Positions 8,658 to 17,169 of a stretch of 32,000 bases of DNA are shown here, in pieces. The notes beneath the pieces are model-generated. The model did no database searches. It was not told the origin of the DNA and saw only the letters and a list, made by a program, of their open reading frames with translations. The position numbers and the translations under genes were made by a program. The stretch covers positions 1 through 32,000 of the forward strand of contig CP001848.1 of assembly GCA_000025185.1 (NCBI GenBank). Direction: 5' to 3'. This DNA comes from Pirellula staleyi DSM 6068 (lineage in GTDB: Bacteria; Planctomycetota; Planctomycetia; Pirellulales; Pirellulaceae). The number at the start of each line of letters is the position of its first letter. The stretch's first letter is position 1.

Positions 8658-9033
8658 ACTTCTTAACAAGCCCCCTGGCGGTGCCAGGTTGTCTTTTAGT
8701 TAGTCACCCGAAAACTCTTACGGATTGCCAAGCGAGGATTAACAGCGGCTGCTGTTTCCCTTCTCTCAGCGAGTGGGATCATACGGAGCAGCCTCAGATA
8801 GACAAGGGGCAAGCCGGGCGTTTCTTCCTGGCAGGGAGCGTTTGGGGAGATGATCTAGCGAAGCTAAGCGTCAGTAGTAGCGCTGCCGATCGATCGCCGC
8901 AGCCGAGAGGGATTGCTGCGTGACAGCTGTCGCACAAGAGGGGCGGCTATTCCAAGCCGATCGCGAGCTCTTGGCCCGCAGCGGAGCGAAACCGTGGCTG
9001 TGCAGCGGTTGAGGTAAGGGAGTCTTGAAAGAG

Positions 9034-9107
9034 TGGGCGGCAAGGGACTCGAACCCCTGACCCTCGCTTTGTAAGAGCGATGCTCTAACCAACTGAGCTA
9101 GCCGCCC
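9034..9107 (-). tRNA. tRNA-Val: tRNA-Val, anticodon UAC
   Basis: The minus strand folds as a cloverleaf by hand. Acceptor GGGCGGC/GCCGCCC, D-arm GCTC-AGTTGGTTA-GAGC, anticodon arm TCGCT-CTTACAA-AGCGA, T-arm AGGGG-TTCGAGT-CCCTT, discriminator A. CCA is not encoded. Confidence 0.93.
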
Positions 9108-9484
9108 CCACTCAAAATTCAAGACACAACAAGATTTCCAGCCAGAAGTCGAAGCTGTATAAGCAGTTACCTGCCGAGCAGCTGATCGACTGCCGTGGCG
9201 AGCGTCTTTACTCAGGAGGGTTTTCGGCAAACCAAGGTTCGCCCCTCAACCGCACCTCGAAAACGTTCGATTGTTGCGTGTGGGGGCATTGTGCCAAACC
9301 GCTGCGTATTTGAGAAGGACGCCCCCGATCTTTCTCGGGTAGAATCACCCCCAGCGGTGCTAGCGACATGTGGAGCGAGCCCCAACGGCACTCAGGCGTG
9401 CTTAAGCACCCTGTGGGGGTATTTGGCTGGTCTGGCTGGCCCGACTGCGATGAACTGGATGACGCTTCTTGGGGAGAGCTCTCG

Positions 9485-9877
9485 ATGAACGACGAAACAC
9501 GAAGTCAGTTGGTGACAGCCGCCCTGGAGGTGCAGCAGAAGGCGTATGCCAAGTACTCGAACTTCTGGGTGGGAGCCGCTTTGCTCACCGAATCGGGAAA
9601 GATCATTGCCGGGTGCAATGTCGAAAACGCTTCGTACGGGCTGACGATCTGTGCCGAGCGGTCGGCTGTTTTCGCAGCGGTCGGCATGGGGGAAACGAGC
9701 TTCAAGGCGATCGCCATTGCCACTGCCGGAGGCTATCCGCCGTGTGGTGCCTGCCGGCAGGTGCTGGCCGAATTTTGCGGCAGCTTGCCGGTGATTCTGG
9801 TCAACAGCGACGACCCAGCCGACCAGCAGATGCACGATCTTGCGCAGCTGTTGCCAGGTCGGTTTGTGCTGGAGTAG
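9485..9877 (+). CDS. cdd: Cytidine deaminase (small homotetrameric type)
   Basis: CAERSAVF and PCGACRQVLAEF zinc-ligand motifs. ATG 9485 gives about 130 aa, the usual size; the upstream extension to 9368 is unlikely. Confidence 0.9.
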   Translation: MNDETRSQLVTAALEVQQKAYAKYSNFWVGAALLTESGKIIAGCNVENASYGLTICAERSAVFAAVGMGETSFKAIAIATAGGYPPCGACRQVLAEFCGSLPVILVNSDDPADQQMHDLAQLLPGRFVLE

Positions 9878-9896
9878 TTCGCGGCGCGCTAGTGAT

Positions 9897-11114
9897 TTAG
9901 AGCAAAATTCCGGCGACGCAGGCGGTCATGAAGCAGGCGAGCGTTCCGCCGAGCATCGCTCGAAAGCCGAGCTGCGCGAGCTCGCTTTGCCGCTCGGGGG
10001 CCATGCCGCCAAGTCCGCCAATCTGAATGCCGATGCTGGCAAAATTCGAGAAGCCGCACAAGGCGTAGGTAAGGATCATCACGCTCCGCTCGCTCAGCTG
10101 CACGTCGCTCCCGGGCGCTATCCACTCTTGCAGTTTCGAGTAGGCGACAAATTCGTTAGCCACCATTTTGAGCCCGAGGAGTTCCGCCGCCTCGAAGCAG
10201 TCGCCCGATTCGATCCCCATGAGCCAAGCGAACGGCGCGAAGGTGTAGCCAAACAGGAGTCCGAGCGACCACTCGTAGCCCAACAGCCCGCCGGTGAGCG
10301 AGATTCCCTTGTCGATCATGGCAAGCAGGCCAAGGAAGGCAATCAGCATCGCGGCGACATTAATGGCGAGCTTCACACCATCGCTCGCGCCGATGGCAGC
10401 CGCCTCGAGAACGTTAGTTCCCATCGGGGGAACATCGAGTTTCAATTGGCCGAGCGTTTTGGGTTCTTCGGTTTCGGGGACCAGAATTTTGGCGATCACC
10501 AGACTGGCGGGGGCCGAGATGACGGAGGCGGTGACCAGATGCTCGACAGGGATTTTCATCCCGGCAAAGACGGCGAGCAAACTGCCGGAAATGGTGCTGA
10601 ATCCACCGACCATCACGGCGTTGAGCTCGGAGCGGGTCATTAGCGGAATGTAGGGCTTCACCACGAGTGGGGCTTCGGTTTGCCCCATGAAAATATTGGC
10701 AGCGGCGGAGAGGGTTTCTGCTCCACTGGTGCGGAGGGTCCATTGCAGGATGTAGGCCATTCCTTTGACGAGCACCTGCATGACGCGCAGGTAGTAGAGC
10801 ACGCTCATCAGCGACGAAAAGAAGATGATCGTCGGCAGGACTTTGAAGGCGAAAAAGTAGTCTTGAAATTTATCGCCGAAAACGAAGCTGGCCCCAACAT
10901 CGACGAAGTTCAGCGTGGCGGTGAAGAAATCGCCGATGAGGCGGAAAGTGGTTTGGCCCGCGGTGGTGTGAAAGACGAACGTTGCGAGGAGGAACTGCAA
11001 AACGACGCCACTGATCGCGATGCGCCAGGGAAATCGAAATTTGTGGGAACTCATCAGCCAAGCCAAGAACATCATCACGAACAAGCCCATCAGGCTGATC
11101 AATCGCAATTCCAT
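9897..11114 (-). CDS. nupC: NupC/CNT family nucleoside transporter
   Basis: Polytopic membrane protein of about 405 aa with CNT-family segments (GASFVFG, NIFMGQTEAPLVVKPY, MVGGFSTISGSLLAVF, CGFSNFASIGIQIGG). ATG 11114 lies 10 nt after the upp stop. Confidence 0.88.
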   Translation of the reverse strand: MELRLISLMGLFVMMFLAWLMSSHKFRFPWRIAISGVVLQFLLATFVFHTTAGQTTFRLIGDFFTATLNFVDVGASFVFGDKFQDYFFAFKVLPTIIFFSSLMSVLYYLRVMQVLVKGMAYILQWTLRTSGAETLSAAANIFMGQTEAPLVVKPYIPLMTRSELNAVMVGGFSTISGSLLAVFAGMKIPVEHLVTASVISAPASLVIAKILVPETEEPKTLGQLKLDVPPMGTNVLEAAAIGASDGVKLAINVAAMLIAFLGLLAMIDKGISLTGGLLGYEWSLGLLFGYTFAPFAWLMGIESGDCFEAAELLGLKMVANEFVAYSKLQEWIAPGSDVQLSERSVMILTYALCGFSNFASIGIQIGGLGGMAPERQSELAQLGFRAMLGGTLACFMTACVAGILL

Positions 11115-11124
11115 CGAACGTTCC

Positions 11125-11763
11125 CTACTCGTGCTGCCGAACCGTGTTGAAAATGCGATCGCCGGCATCCCCGAGCCCCGGCACAATGAACTTCCGACTA
11201 TTGAGTTCGGGATCGACCGCGCAGACATAAACCTGCACATCGCTGTGCTGCGAGGCAATCAGCTCGATCCCCGTGCGCGACGCGATCACGCTGAGCACTT
11301 TGATGTTCGACACACCCCACCGCTGGAGCGTTTCGATCGCCAGATGGGCGCTGCCGCCGGTCGCCAGCATCGGATCGAGCACGAGCGCGACATCGACCGG
11401 CTGAGTCTGCGGCAGTTTGCTGTAGTATTCGACCGGCTGCGCGGTCGCTTCGTCGCGATAGAGTCCCAGGTGCCACACTTCCGCCGTCGGAATGAGGTTC
11501 AGCACTGGATCGATCATGCCGAGTCCCGCGCGGAGAATCGGCACCAGCCCGATGCGCTGCGCCAGGGTGCTGCCGGTCATCGTAACCAGCGGGGTCTCGA
11601 TGGTTTTGGGCGCGAGGAGCAGATCTTGCGTTGCCTCGTAGGCCAGCAGCACCGCGAGGCGATGGATGAGGGTGCGAAACTCGTCGGGAGGTGTCGCCTT
11701 GTCACGCAAGCGACTGAGGTGATGGAGAATCAGTGGGTGCGAAACTTCGTGAATCGATGACAT
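11125..11763 (-). CDS. upp: Uracil phosphoribosyltransferase
   Basis: HPLILHHLSRLRDKAT, LVPILRAGLGM, LVLDPMLATGGSA (PRPP-binding), FIVPGLGDAGDRIFNT. ATG 11763 gives 212 aa; the extension to 11967 is rejected. Confidence 0.92.
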   Translation of the reverse strand: MSSIHEVSHPLILHHLSRLRDKATPPDEFRTLIHRLAVLLAYEATQDLLLAPKTIETPLVTMTGSTLAQRIGLVPILRAGLGMIDPVLNLIPTAEVWHLGLYRDEATAQPVEYYSKLPQTQPVDVALVLDPMLATGGSAHLAIETLQRWGVSNIKVLSVIASRTGIELIASQHSDVQVYVCAVDPELNSRKFIVPGLGDAGDRIFNTVRQHE

Positions 11764-12074
11764 GTACCAAGGTGCCCAGAAACGTCGCGGTGTAGGCAGA
11801 AATTTGTCGCGAGAAGGAGCATAGGACTGCGGCGCTCGGGAAGCAACAACCAGCCGAAGCTCGGGCTCTGTTTTTCCTGAAATCGACGGAGATAGCGCAA
11901 GCCAAACGCTAGTGGAGGAAACATTCAGCGGCGCTCGATGGTGGCAAGCCTTTTCACTGCTGGGCAAGCCAGCAGTGACACCCGGCGTGTAGTGACACCC
12001 GGCCAGCAGAACTACCCAGAGAACAGTGCCGCCCGGCGAGCAGTTCTGCCTGAGCGCGTAGCGTGGCGGCGGGG

Positions 12075-13412
12075 TTAGCCGCGGCGGGCGTCGAGGGTGC
12101 CGGTGGTCCGCTGCTGCATTTCCTGCGAATGCCAGTAGCGCCAGGCGCGGGCATCGAAGCCAAAACTGGCTCCTCCCGAAAACGATGCCAGGGCATCGAG
12201 CACGTGCTGGTTTTGCACTTTCACGAGGAGGATTTTATCCCCTTCGTTTTGCACCATCGCAGCGCCGGTGGTGGGCTGCGACGACGAGGCAGTGGAGCCC
12301 GCAAACGACGTGGTGGTAGAATCGGGACCGGTGCCGGGGCGCCCTTTAATCACATGGGTGTGGGTGGTGATGAGGGCATCGATCAGCGGCGAAATGGCCG
12401 AGCGATCGCCGATTTTTCCGAGAGCCGCAGCGGCCCGGTTGACGCGCAAATTGCTGGGGTGCTTGAGCGACGCCACATAGGCTTCGGTGGTGCGCGGCGA
12501 TTTTTCGCGATCCAGTACACGATCGACGCAGTAGTGAAACATCTCTTCGTCGGGATCGGCCAGCGAAGCTTCGATCAAGATGCCGAGCGCTTCATCGCCG
12601 GGGATATTCGCAAGGACATCGACCCAAACCATTTTCACCCTGCGAAGGCGCTCGCGGGCGAGCATGGCAGCAATGGGAGCTGCCGCTTCTTCGCTGTTGA
12701 TCTCGGCGAGGGTTTGCATCGCCTGCGGCGCGCCGGACCCCATCAGCTGATTGCGAATGCGCTGCAGCCGGATGTACCACTCTTTTTGGGCCAGCTCGCG
12801 CTTGCTTTTGGTTTCGATCAGCTCGATCTCTTGCGCGGTGCGCCAGCGCCCTTTGTAGAGCTCGTACCCTTCTTTTTGGCGAACATCGCTTTTGGTGATC
12901 CACTCACCATCTTTGAAGTAGTAGCCGAGCCCCCCTCGCGCGAGCTGATGATTGGGATCGAGCTCGACGATGCGCCGCAGATGCGAGCGGCGCTCGGGAA
13001 GGAGCATTTGCATGCGGCACCACTCGGCCAGTTGCCACTGGGCATCGATGGTGTCGGCTGCTGCGAGTCGCTTTTTCTCGTACGCTTCCTGCAAAGCCGA
13101 CGTCCGGACCACTTTGGTCACTTGCGCCAGTCCATACGACAGCTTCACGCCCCCCTCGGCTTGAAAAACGTAACTGGTGAGAGGTTGCTCGTCGACGTTC
13201 AGCCACTTCCCCCGCACCACACCTCCCGAGGCGAGATGCAGCTCATCGGCGCAGGCAGAATTGGCCAGCGAAGATGCTGCGAAGCAGAGTGCCACCACCA
13301 GCGCCGCCCTGAGCGCGCGAAAACAGACCCAGCGACCGAGTGGTCGTGGGCTGCGGAGTTCGATTTGGGCCTCGCTTCTGTTCACAACGTGCTCCGAGAC
13401 TGCTCGCTGCAC
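12075..13412 (-). CDS. Secreted HEAT-repeat domain protein (hypothetical)
   Basis: Signal-like LRAALVVALCFAASSLANSACA. HEAT/PBS-lyase-like repeats (AAAALGKIGDRSAISPLIDAL, AAPIAAMLARE). The GTG start at 13412 is uncertain. Confidence 0.65.
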   Translation of the reverse strand: MQRAVSEHVVNRSEAQIELRSPRPLGRWVCFRALRAALVVALCFAASSLANSACADELHLASGGVVRGKWLNVDEQPLTSYVFQAEGGVKLSYGLAQVTKVVRTSALQEAYEKKRLAAADTIDAQWQLAEWCRMQMLLPERRSHLRRIVELDPNHQLARGGLGYYFKDGEWITKSDVRQKEGYELYKGRWRTAQEIELIETKSKRELAQKEWYIRLQRIRNQLMGSGAPQAMQTLAEINSEEAAAPIAAMLARERLRRVKMVWVDVLANIPGDEALGILIEASLADPDEEMFHYCVDRVLDREKSPRTTEAYVASLKHPSNLRVNRAAAALGKIGDRSAISPLIDALITTHTHVIKGRPGTGPDSTTTSFAGSTASSSQPTTGAAMVQNEGDKILLVKVQNQHVLDALASFSGGASFGFDARAWRYWHSQEMQQRTTGTLDARRG

Positions 13413-13788
13413 CTTTGGCAGTATACGAATCTGGCTGAGAGCGTTCCAACATTTCGCCCTCGAGCGGCGTGAGAATCGAGGAAAAATTCGTCCTGAAGAT
13501 GCAAGATTTTTTCGCGCAGATTCGGTGGAGTGAAACCATTTGGGGAATTTCGTCGCGTAACACTTGCGGGGGATGCCAGAAGATTGCTAGGCTTGATTGA
13601 ACGAGAGCAACAAACTCGCTTGCACTTTCCGTAGCGAAGCAACTGGCCAGCTCGCGGAAAATTCTCTCCAAGGATGCACTTCAAGCGACGTTCCGTGCAC
13701 TGACGTAGGCCACCAGCTTCCCTGCTGAGCGAGCCTGCGCTGGACTTTGGTGTCGTTCCTTCCGCGTAAGGTGCCGCGAGGTAATGTG

Positions 13789-16296
13789 ATGGCTGGAGAG
13801 ATCATTTGCCGCTGCGATAGTTGCACGGCCCGCTTCAAGATCGACGCCAAATTTGCAGGACGCAAAGCGAAGTGCCCCAAATGCACGGCGGTGGTGCTGG
13901 TACCCGGCACAGCGGTGGCTGGCAGCACGACGTCGACCAGCACGGTAGTCCCTCCGTCGACCCCTGCAACGGCCGCTCCTCCACCGAGCCGAACGGCACC
14001 TCCGAAAGCCACTGCTGCACCGGTGGCGGCTGCTGCGCCTGCGGCGATTACCCCAACAGCATCGGCCAGTGCACCACCTCCCAGGCGACCAGCGGTGGCA
14101 GCGACGCCCCCTGCTCTGCCGCAGCCGACCGAACCACCTGTATCGCTCGGCGAGCCTTCTCCTGCGGCGATCTTCACCGTTTCTGATGGCCCCAAGAACC
14201 ATGCCGATGGGGTCGCGCTAGCCACCGGTAGCAGCAGCGGTTCAGCCCCCTACACACGTAAAAAATCCGCGAACAATCTGCCGGTGATTTTGGCCGCTGT
14301 AGGTGCCTTGGTGCTACTCGCCCTCGGAGGGACGATTTTCGGCGGGCTCTATGTCGCTGGGGTCTTCGACTCCGCGCCGACTAAAAATGGCCTCGCCAGC
14401 CGACCGAAATCGGGCCAAGTGAAAACCGGCGTGCTGATCAACTGGACTCCCGCCGAGCGTAAGGGTGGGAGCGTGACGATCGATGGCAAACCGGTTCCAC
14501 TCCCGGCGATTGGCGACGTGGAATATCCCCTCGCTGCGGGTCAGCACGAGATTCTGCTGCGGCGGCGCGGCTATGAACCAATCGATGCCACGGTGACCGT
14601 CACCGACGGCCAGCGCGTCAGTGTGGCAACCGAGTGGAAGCCAGATGAGATTGCCCTGGCTGCAAATGGCCTGGCCGCCAATGGTCTCGCCTCGGAAGGG
14701 ACGACTCCGAACTCCACTGGCACAAACTCCCCTGGCACTGGTTCCAGCACCAGTAATAGCTCGCGTCCCAGCACCTCGTTTCCGATCGGCGGCGCTGCAC
14801 CAACCGGTCCACCCGGCTTTGATGGCTACCTGCAAGATCTCGACGCCGCTGCCAAGCAAGCCACAGCCGAGGGAAAGTTTGTGCTGGCCCTGTTCGGCTC
14901 GACCGACTCCGACGAGCTGACGCTGGAACTTGGCGAGGCCTTTAATACCCCCGAGTTCAAAGATTGGGCCCGCAGCTATTTCGTAATGGTGCTGATCGAT
15001 TTTCCACGCACCACCAACGGGCTGAACTACGTGGAAGACACCGCGCGGAACATGGTGCTGCGCGACGATTATTCGATCCGCCAAATCCCAATGGTCACGC
15101 TCTTCGACGGCAAATTGCAGGCGTATCACACCACCACCGACTTCGAACAAGCGCTCGAGGATCCCGTCGCTGCCGCCACGGAGTGGCAAAAGCACAAGGC
15201 CAAGCGCGACGAGCTGTTCAGTGCCATCAAGACCGTCAACTCGGCGGCCGAGTTCGCCCCAATTATCCCGGCACTCGACTGGATTCGCGAAGCCTCGCTG
15301 ATCCCATATTACCGGCCGCAAGTGGAAAGCTGGTACAACGCCGCCGCGAGCTACGACGCCGACAATCAGAACGGCTGTTTAGAGGTGATTTTCGAGCCCT
15401 ATCTCGTCACCAAGCTCATCGGCACGCGGCGGAGCGATGCGCGCGATAAGAAAGCGGTTCTCGACCTCACCAAACCGTGGCTGAACCGGCAGTTTATCGA
15501 CCCGAATCGCGCCGTCCAAACGCACTTGATGGCAGCCCAGCTCTATAGCGCCCTCGAAAACGAAACAGAAGCCGAAAATCATCTGAAGCGAGCGAATTCG
15601 TACAAGCCGACCAAGACCGAACTGGTCGAAGCGCTCCGCCAAGTCAACTTGATGCTGACCAACCGAAACGTGCTCAGCACCGGCACTGGATTTTTGATCT
15701 CCGAGGCCGGTTATGTGATGACCAACAATCACGTGATCGAAGGGGAAGGAAAAGTGGTGGTCCGAATTCCGGGACAACCCGATCCTGTTCCTGCAGAAGT
15801 GATTGCCAGGGACGAGATGCGCGACATGGCGCTCCTGAAGCTCACCATTCCCGAGGGTGCCAACCTCACCCCAGTGGCGATTGTCGACAGCAGCGTCGGT
15901 CGTGGCGCATCGGTGGCTGCATTTGGTTTTCCTCTCGGCGATGCGCTCGGAACCGGTCTCAAATTCACGACCGGTTTTGTGTCGACTCCTCCTGAAGGGA
16001 CCGACAACAACATGATCCTGCTCGACATGCGAGTGAACCCAGGAAACAGTGGTGGTCCCCTCGTCGATTCGTCGGGCAATGTGGTCGGAATGATCACCGC
16101 CAAGACGGGCGGCTTTGGGGTCGACAGCTACGGGTTTGCACTCCCGACGAGCGACTTGATGAAGTTCGTCGACACGCATCTGCCAGCCGATGCAGCCCGC
16201 CCCGCTCCCGAGCCCGAAGCGACCACCACCGCTTGGGACAAAGTCGACAAACGTGTCAGCCCCGGCGTGCTGATGATCCTGAAAATCGACGAGTAA
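13789..16296 (+). CDS. Membrane-anchored multidomain trypsin-like (S1C/HtrA-like) serine protease
   Basis: N-terminal zinc ribbon CRCDSC...CPKC, Pro/Ala/Thr linker, one TM (LPVILAAVGALVLLALGGTIFGGLYVAGVF). PEGA-like segment (VTIDGKPVP...GYEPIDATVTVTDGQRVSV). Trx-like segment without CXXC. C-terminal protease with TNNHV, DMALLKL and GNSGGPLV triad contexts. Confidence 0.85.
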   Translation: MAGEIICRCDSCTARFKIDAKFAGRKAKCPKCTAVVLVPGTAVAGSTTSTSTVVPPSTPATAAPPPSRTAPPKATAAPVAAAAPAAITPTASASAPPPRRPAVAATPPALPQPTEPPVSLGEPSPAAIFTVSDGPKNHADGVALATGSSSGSAPYTRKKSANNLPVILAAVGALVLLALGGTIFGGLYVAGVFDSAPTKNGLASRPKSGQVKTGVLINWTPAERKGGSVTIDGKPVPLPAIGDVEYPLAAGQHEILLRRRGYEPIDATVTVTDGQRVSVATEWKPDEIALAANGLAANGLASEGTTPNSTGTNSPGTGSSTSNSSRPSTSFPIGGAAPTGPPGFDGYLQDLDAAAKQATAEGKFVLALFGSTDSDELTLELGEAFNTPEFKDWARSYFVMVLIDFPRTTNGLNYVEDTARNMVLRDDYSIRQIPMVTLFDGKLQAYHTTTDFEQALEDPVAAATEWQKHKAKRDELFSAIKTVNSAAEFAPIIPALDWIREASLIPYYRPQVESWYNAAASYDADNQNGCLEVIFEPYLVTKLIGTRRSDARDKKAVLDLTKPWLNRQFIDPNRAVQTHLMAAQLYSALENETEAENHLKRANSYKPTKTELVEALRQVNLMLTNRNVLSTGTGFLISEAGYVMTNNHVIEGEGKVVVRIPGQPDPVPAEVIARDEMRDMALLKLTIPEGANLTPVAIVDSSVGRGASVAAFGFPLGDALGTGLKFTTGFVSTPPEGTDNNMILLDMRVNPGNSGGPLVDSSGNVVGMITAKTGGFGVDSYGFALPTSDLMKFVDTHLPADAARPAPEPEATTTAWDKVDKRVSPGVLMILKIDE

Positions 16297-16389
16297 ATCG
16301 CAAGGCAACTGGGTGGATATAGGTGGCTGGGCTCGGCAAAGTTCAGCACAGTTTGGATCAGCACAGCTTCGAAACGTCTCGCCCACGCT

Positions 16390-16411
16390 TGTCCGGTGGA
16401 ACCGGACCTAC
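16390..16411. repeat. Hairpin repeat TGTCCGGTGGAACCGGACCTAC (CGTAGGTC family, reverse orientation)
   Basis: Identical to 16740-16761. Reverse-complement relative of the 19624-19676 units. Stem TCCGGT/ACCGGA. Confidence 0.85.
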
Positions 16412-16444
16412 TACTTCGTCTATCGACCTACTTCGTCTATCGAC
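16411..16444. repeat. Perfect tandem duplication of the 17-mer CTACTTCGTCTATCGAC
   Basis: 16411-16427 equals 16428-16444, base by base. Confidence 0.9.
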
Positions 16445-16450
16445 CAATGT

Positions 16451-16575
16451 CAGGTGTTTTGGGTGCCACTGGCATTTTGCCAGTGCAGGAGCTGGAACCG
16501 ATGTGTTGGGCAAAATCTGCTTGAAACATAGAGCCTATTTACACTTCTCACTGGCCAGAGCCCAGTGGCACACTG
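16451..16575 (+). repeat. Two-hairpin intergenic element, copy A (REP/MITE-like or sRNA-like)
   Basis: Aligns over about 122 nt with 26245-26370. Hairpin 1 is CACTGGCA-ttt-TGCCAGTG. Conserved blocks GCTGGAACCGAT and CTGCTT..AAACATAGAG. Hairpin 2 is CACTGG..CCAGTGGCACAC. Confidence 0.8.
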
Positions 16576-16739
16576 GATGGAAGCCTGCTCATTGCTGCCT
16601 GATTTTGATCGTTAGACGAAGCACTACAGCGGTGCGGCGGTGACTGAGCGTGATCGCTAGGCACATGCTTGTCCTTCCTCGTGCTACGCACTTCGTCGGG
16701 CAAGCATGGCACACGGCTTGGAAACGAACAGCCCGTGAT

Positions 16740-16761
16740 TGTCCGGTGGAACCGGACCTAC
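16740..16761. repeat. Second identical copy of TGTCCGGTGGAACCGGACCTAC
   Basis: With the preceding T, a 23-nt exact match (TTGTCCGGTGGAACCGGACCTAC) to 16389-16411. Confidence 0.85.
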
Positions 16762-16788
16762 CATGGTGCGGGGGGCTGTGACTGGCGA

Positions 16789-17169
16789 CTAGCGAGGCTG
16801 TAGGGGGCGATGCCCCATCACGGCGTCGCTGCGGCTCTGGTACTGCGGAAAACGCTCCTCGAGCCGCATCATCCGCAGCACAAGCTGGTTGGCGTCGGAC
16901 AGTCCGGCGATGCGCATCGTCCCCTCTTTGGTAGTCACTCGTTTGTGCAGCAGCACAAGTTGACCGACCATCCAGCTCCGCAGCAGGACGAGATCGTCGA
17001 GCTCCAGCACGAGTCGATGGGTGAAAGCTTGCTCGAGCGAATCCCACACGGCATCGGCCAGCGCGATCTCGCCGGTGTCACCTTGGCGGGTAGCAATCAC
17101 GCGCACGAACAACCAATCGGGGCCACGGTCGAGTTCCATCGACCAGCCCGGCGCAAGTTGAACCATCAT
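16789..17169 (-). CDS. STAS domain protein (anti-sigma-factor antagonist-like)
   Basis: About 126 aa with a STAS-like pattern: LVLELDDLVLLRSWMVGQLVLLHKRVTTKEGTMRIAGLSDANQLVLRMMRLEERF. No partner kinase or phosphatase lies nearby. Confidence 0.7.
   Translation of the reverse strand: MMVQLAPGWSMELDRGPDWLFVRVIATRQGDTGEIALADAVWDSLEQAFTHRLVLELDDLVLLRSWMVGQLVLLHKRVTTKEGTMRIAGLSDANQLVLRMMRLEERFPQYQSRSDAVMGHRPLQPR

Noticed and set aside
8531-8923. 130-aa + strand ORF in the gap between the BON gene and tRNA-Val, and the 119-aa minus ORF at 8871-9230.
   Set aside because: The first crosses the strong terminator hairpin and has an implausible sequence. The second runs straight through the tRNA-Val gene. 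Neither has a Shine-Dalgarno sequence or any motif.
8658-9033. Possible RNase P RNA, tmRNA, SRP RNA or cobalamin riboswitch downstream of tRNA-Val.
   Set aside because: AGAAACGCCCGGCTTG vaguely resembles the RNase P P4 3' strand (ACAGAACCCGGCTTA), but the obligatory GAGGAAAGTCC partner is absent. There is no tRNA-like 3' end or tag ORF for tmRNA, no GGAA-tetraloop helix 8 for SRP and no B12 box. The stretch stays an unassigned candidate only.
7703-9107. Integrated island or prophage remnant at tRNA-Val.
   Set aside because: There is no integrase, no phage or transposase genes, and no direct repeat of the tRNA 3' end that I could find in the window. Only the compositional impression remains, and it is reported as a low-interest finding.
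9368-9484. Upstream extensions of several genes in the ORF track: cdd 9368, upp to 11967, nupC to 11258, tpx 17266, SDR 28240, BON to 8438, gltX to 25367.
   Set aside because: Internal ATG starts give canonical family lengths and N-termini, often with AGGA/GGAG Shine-Dalgarno sequences. The extensions are Arg/Ser/Pro-rich and overlap promoters or neighbouring genes.
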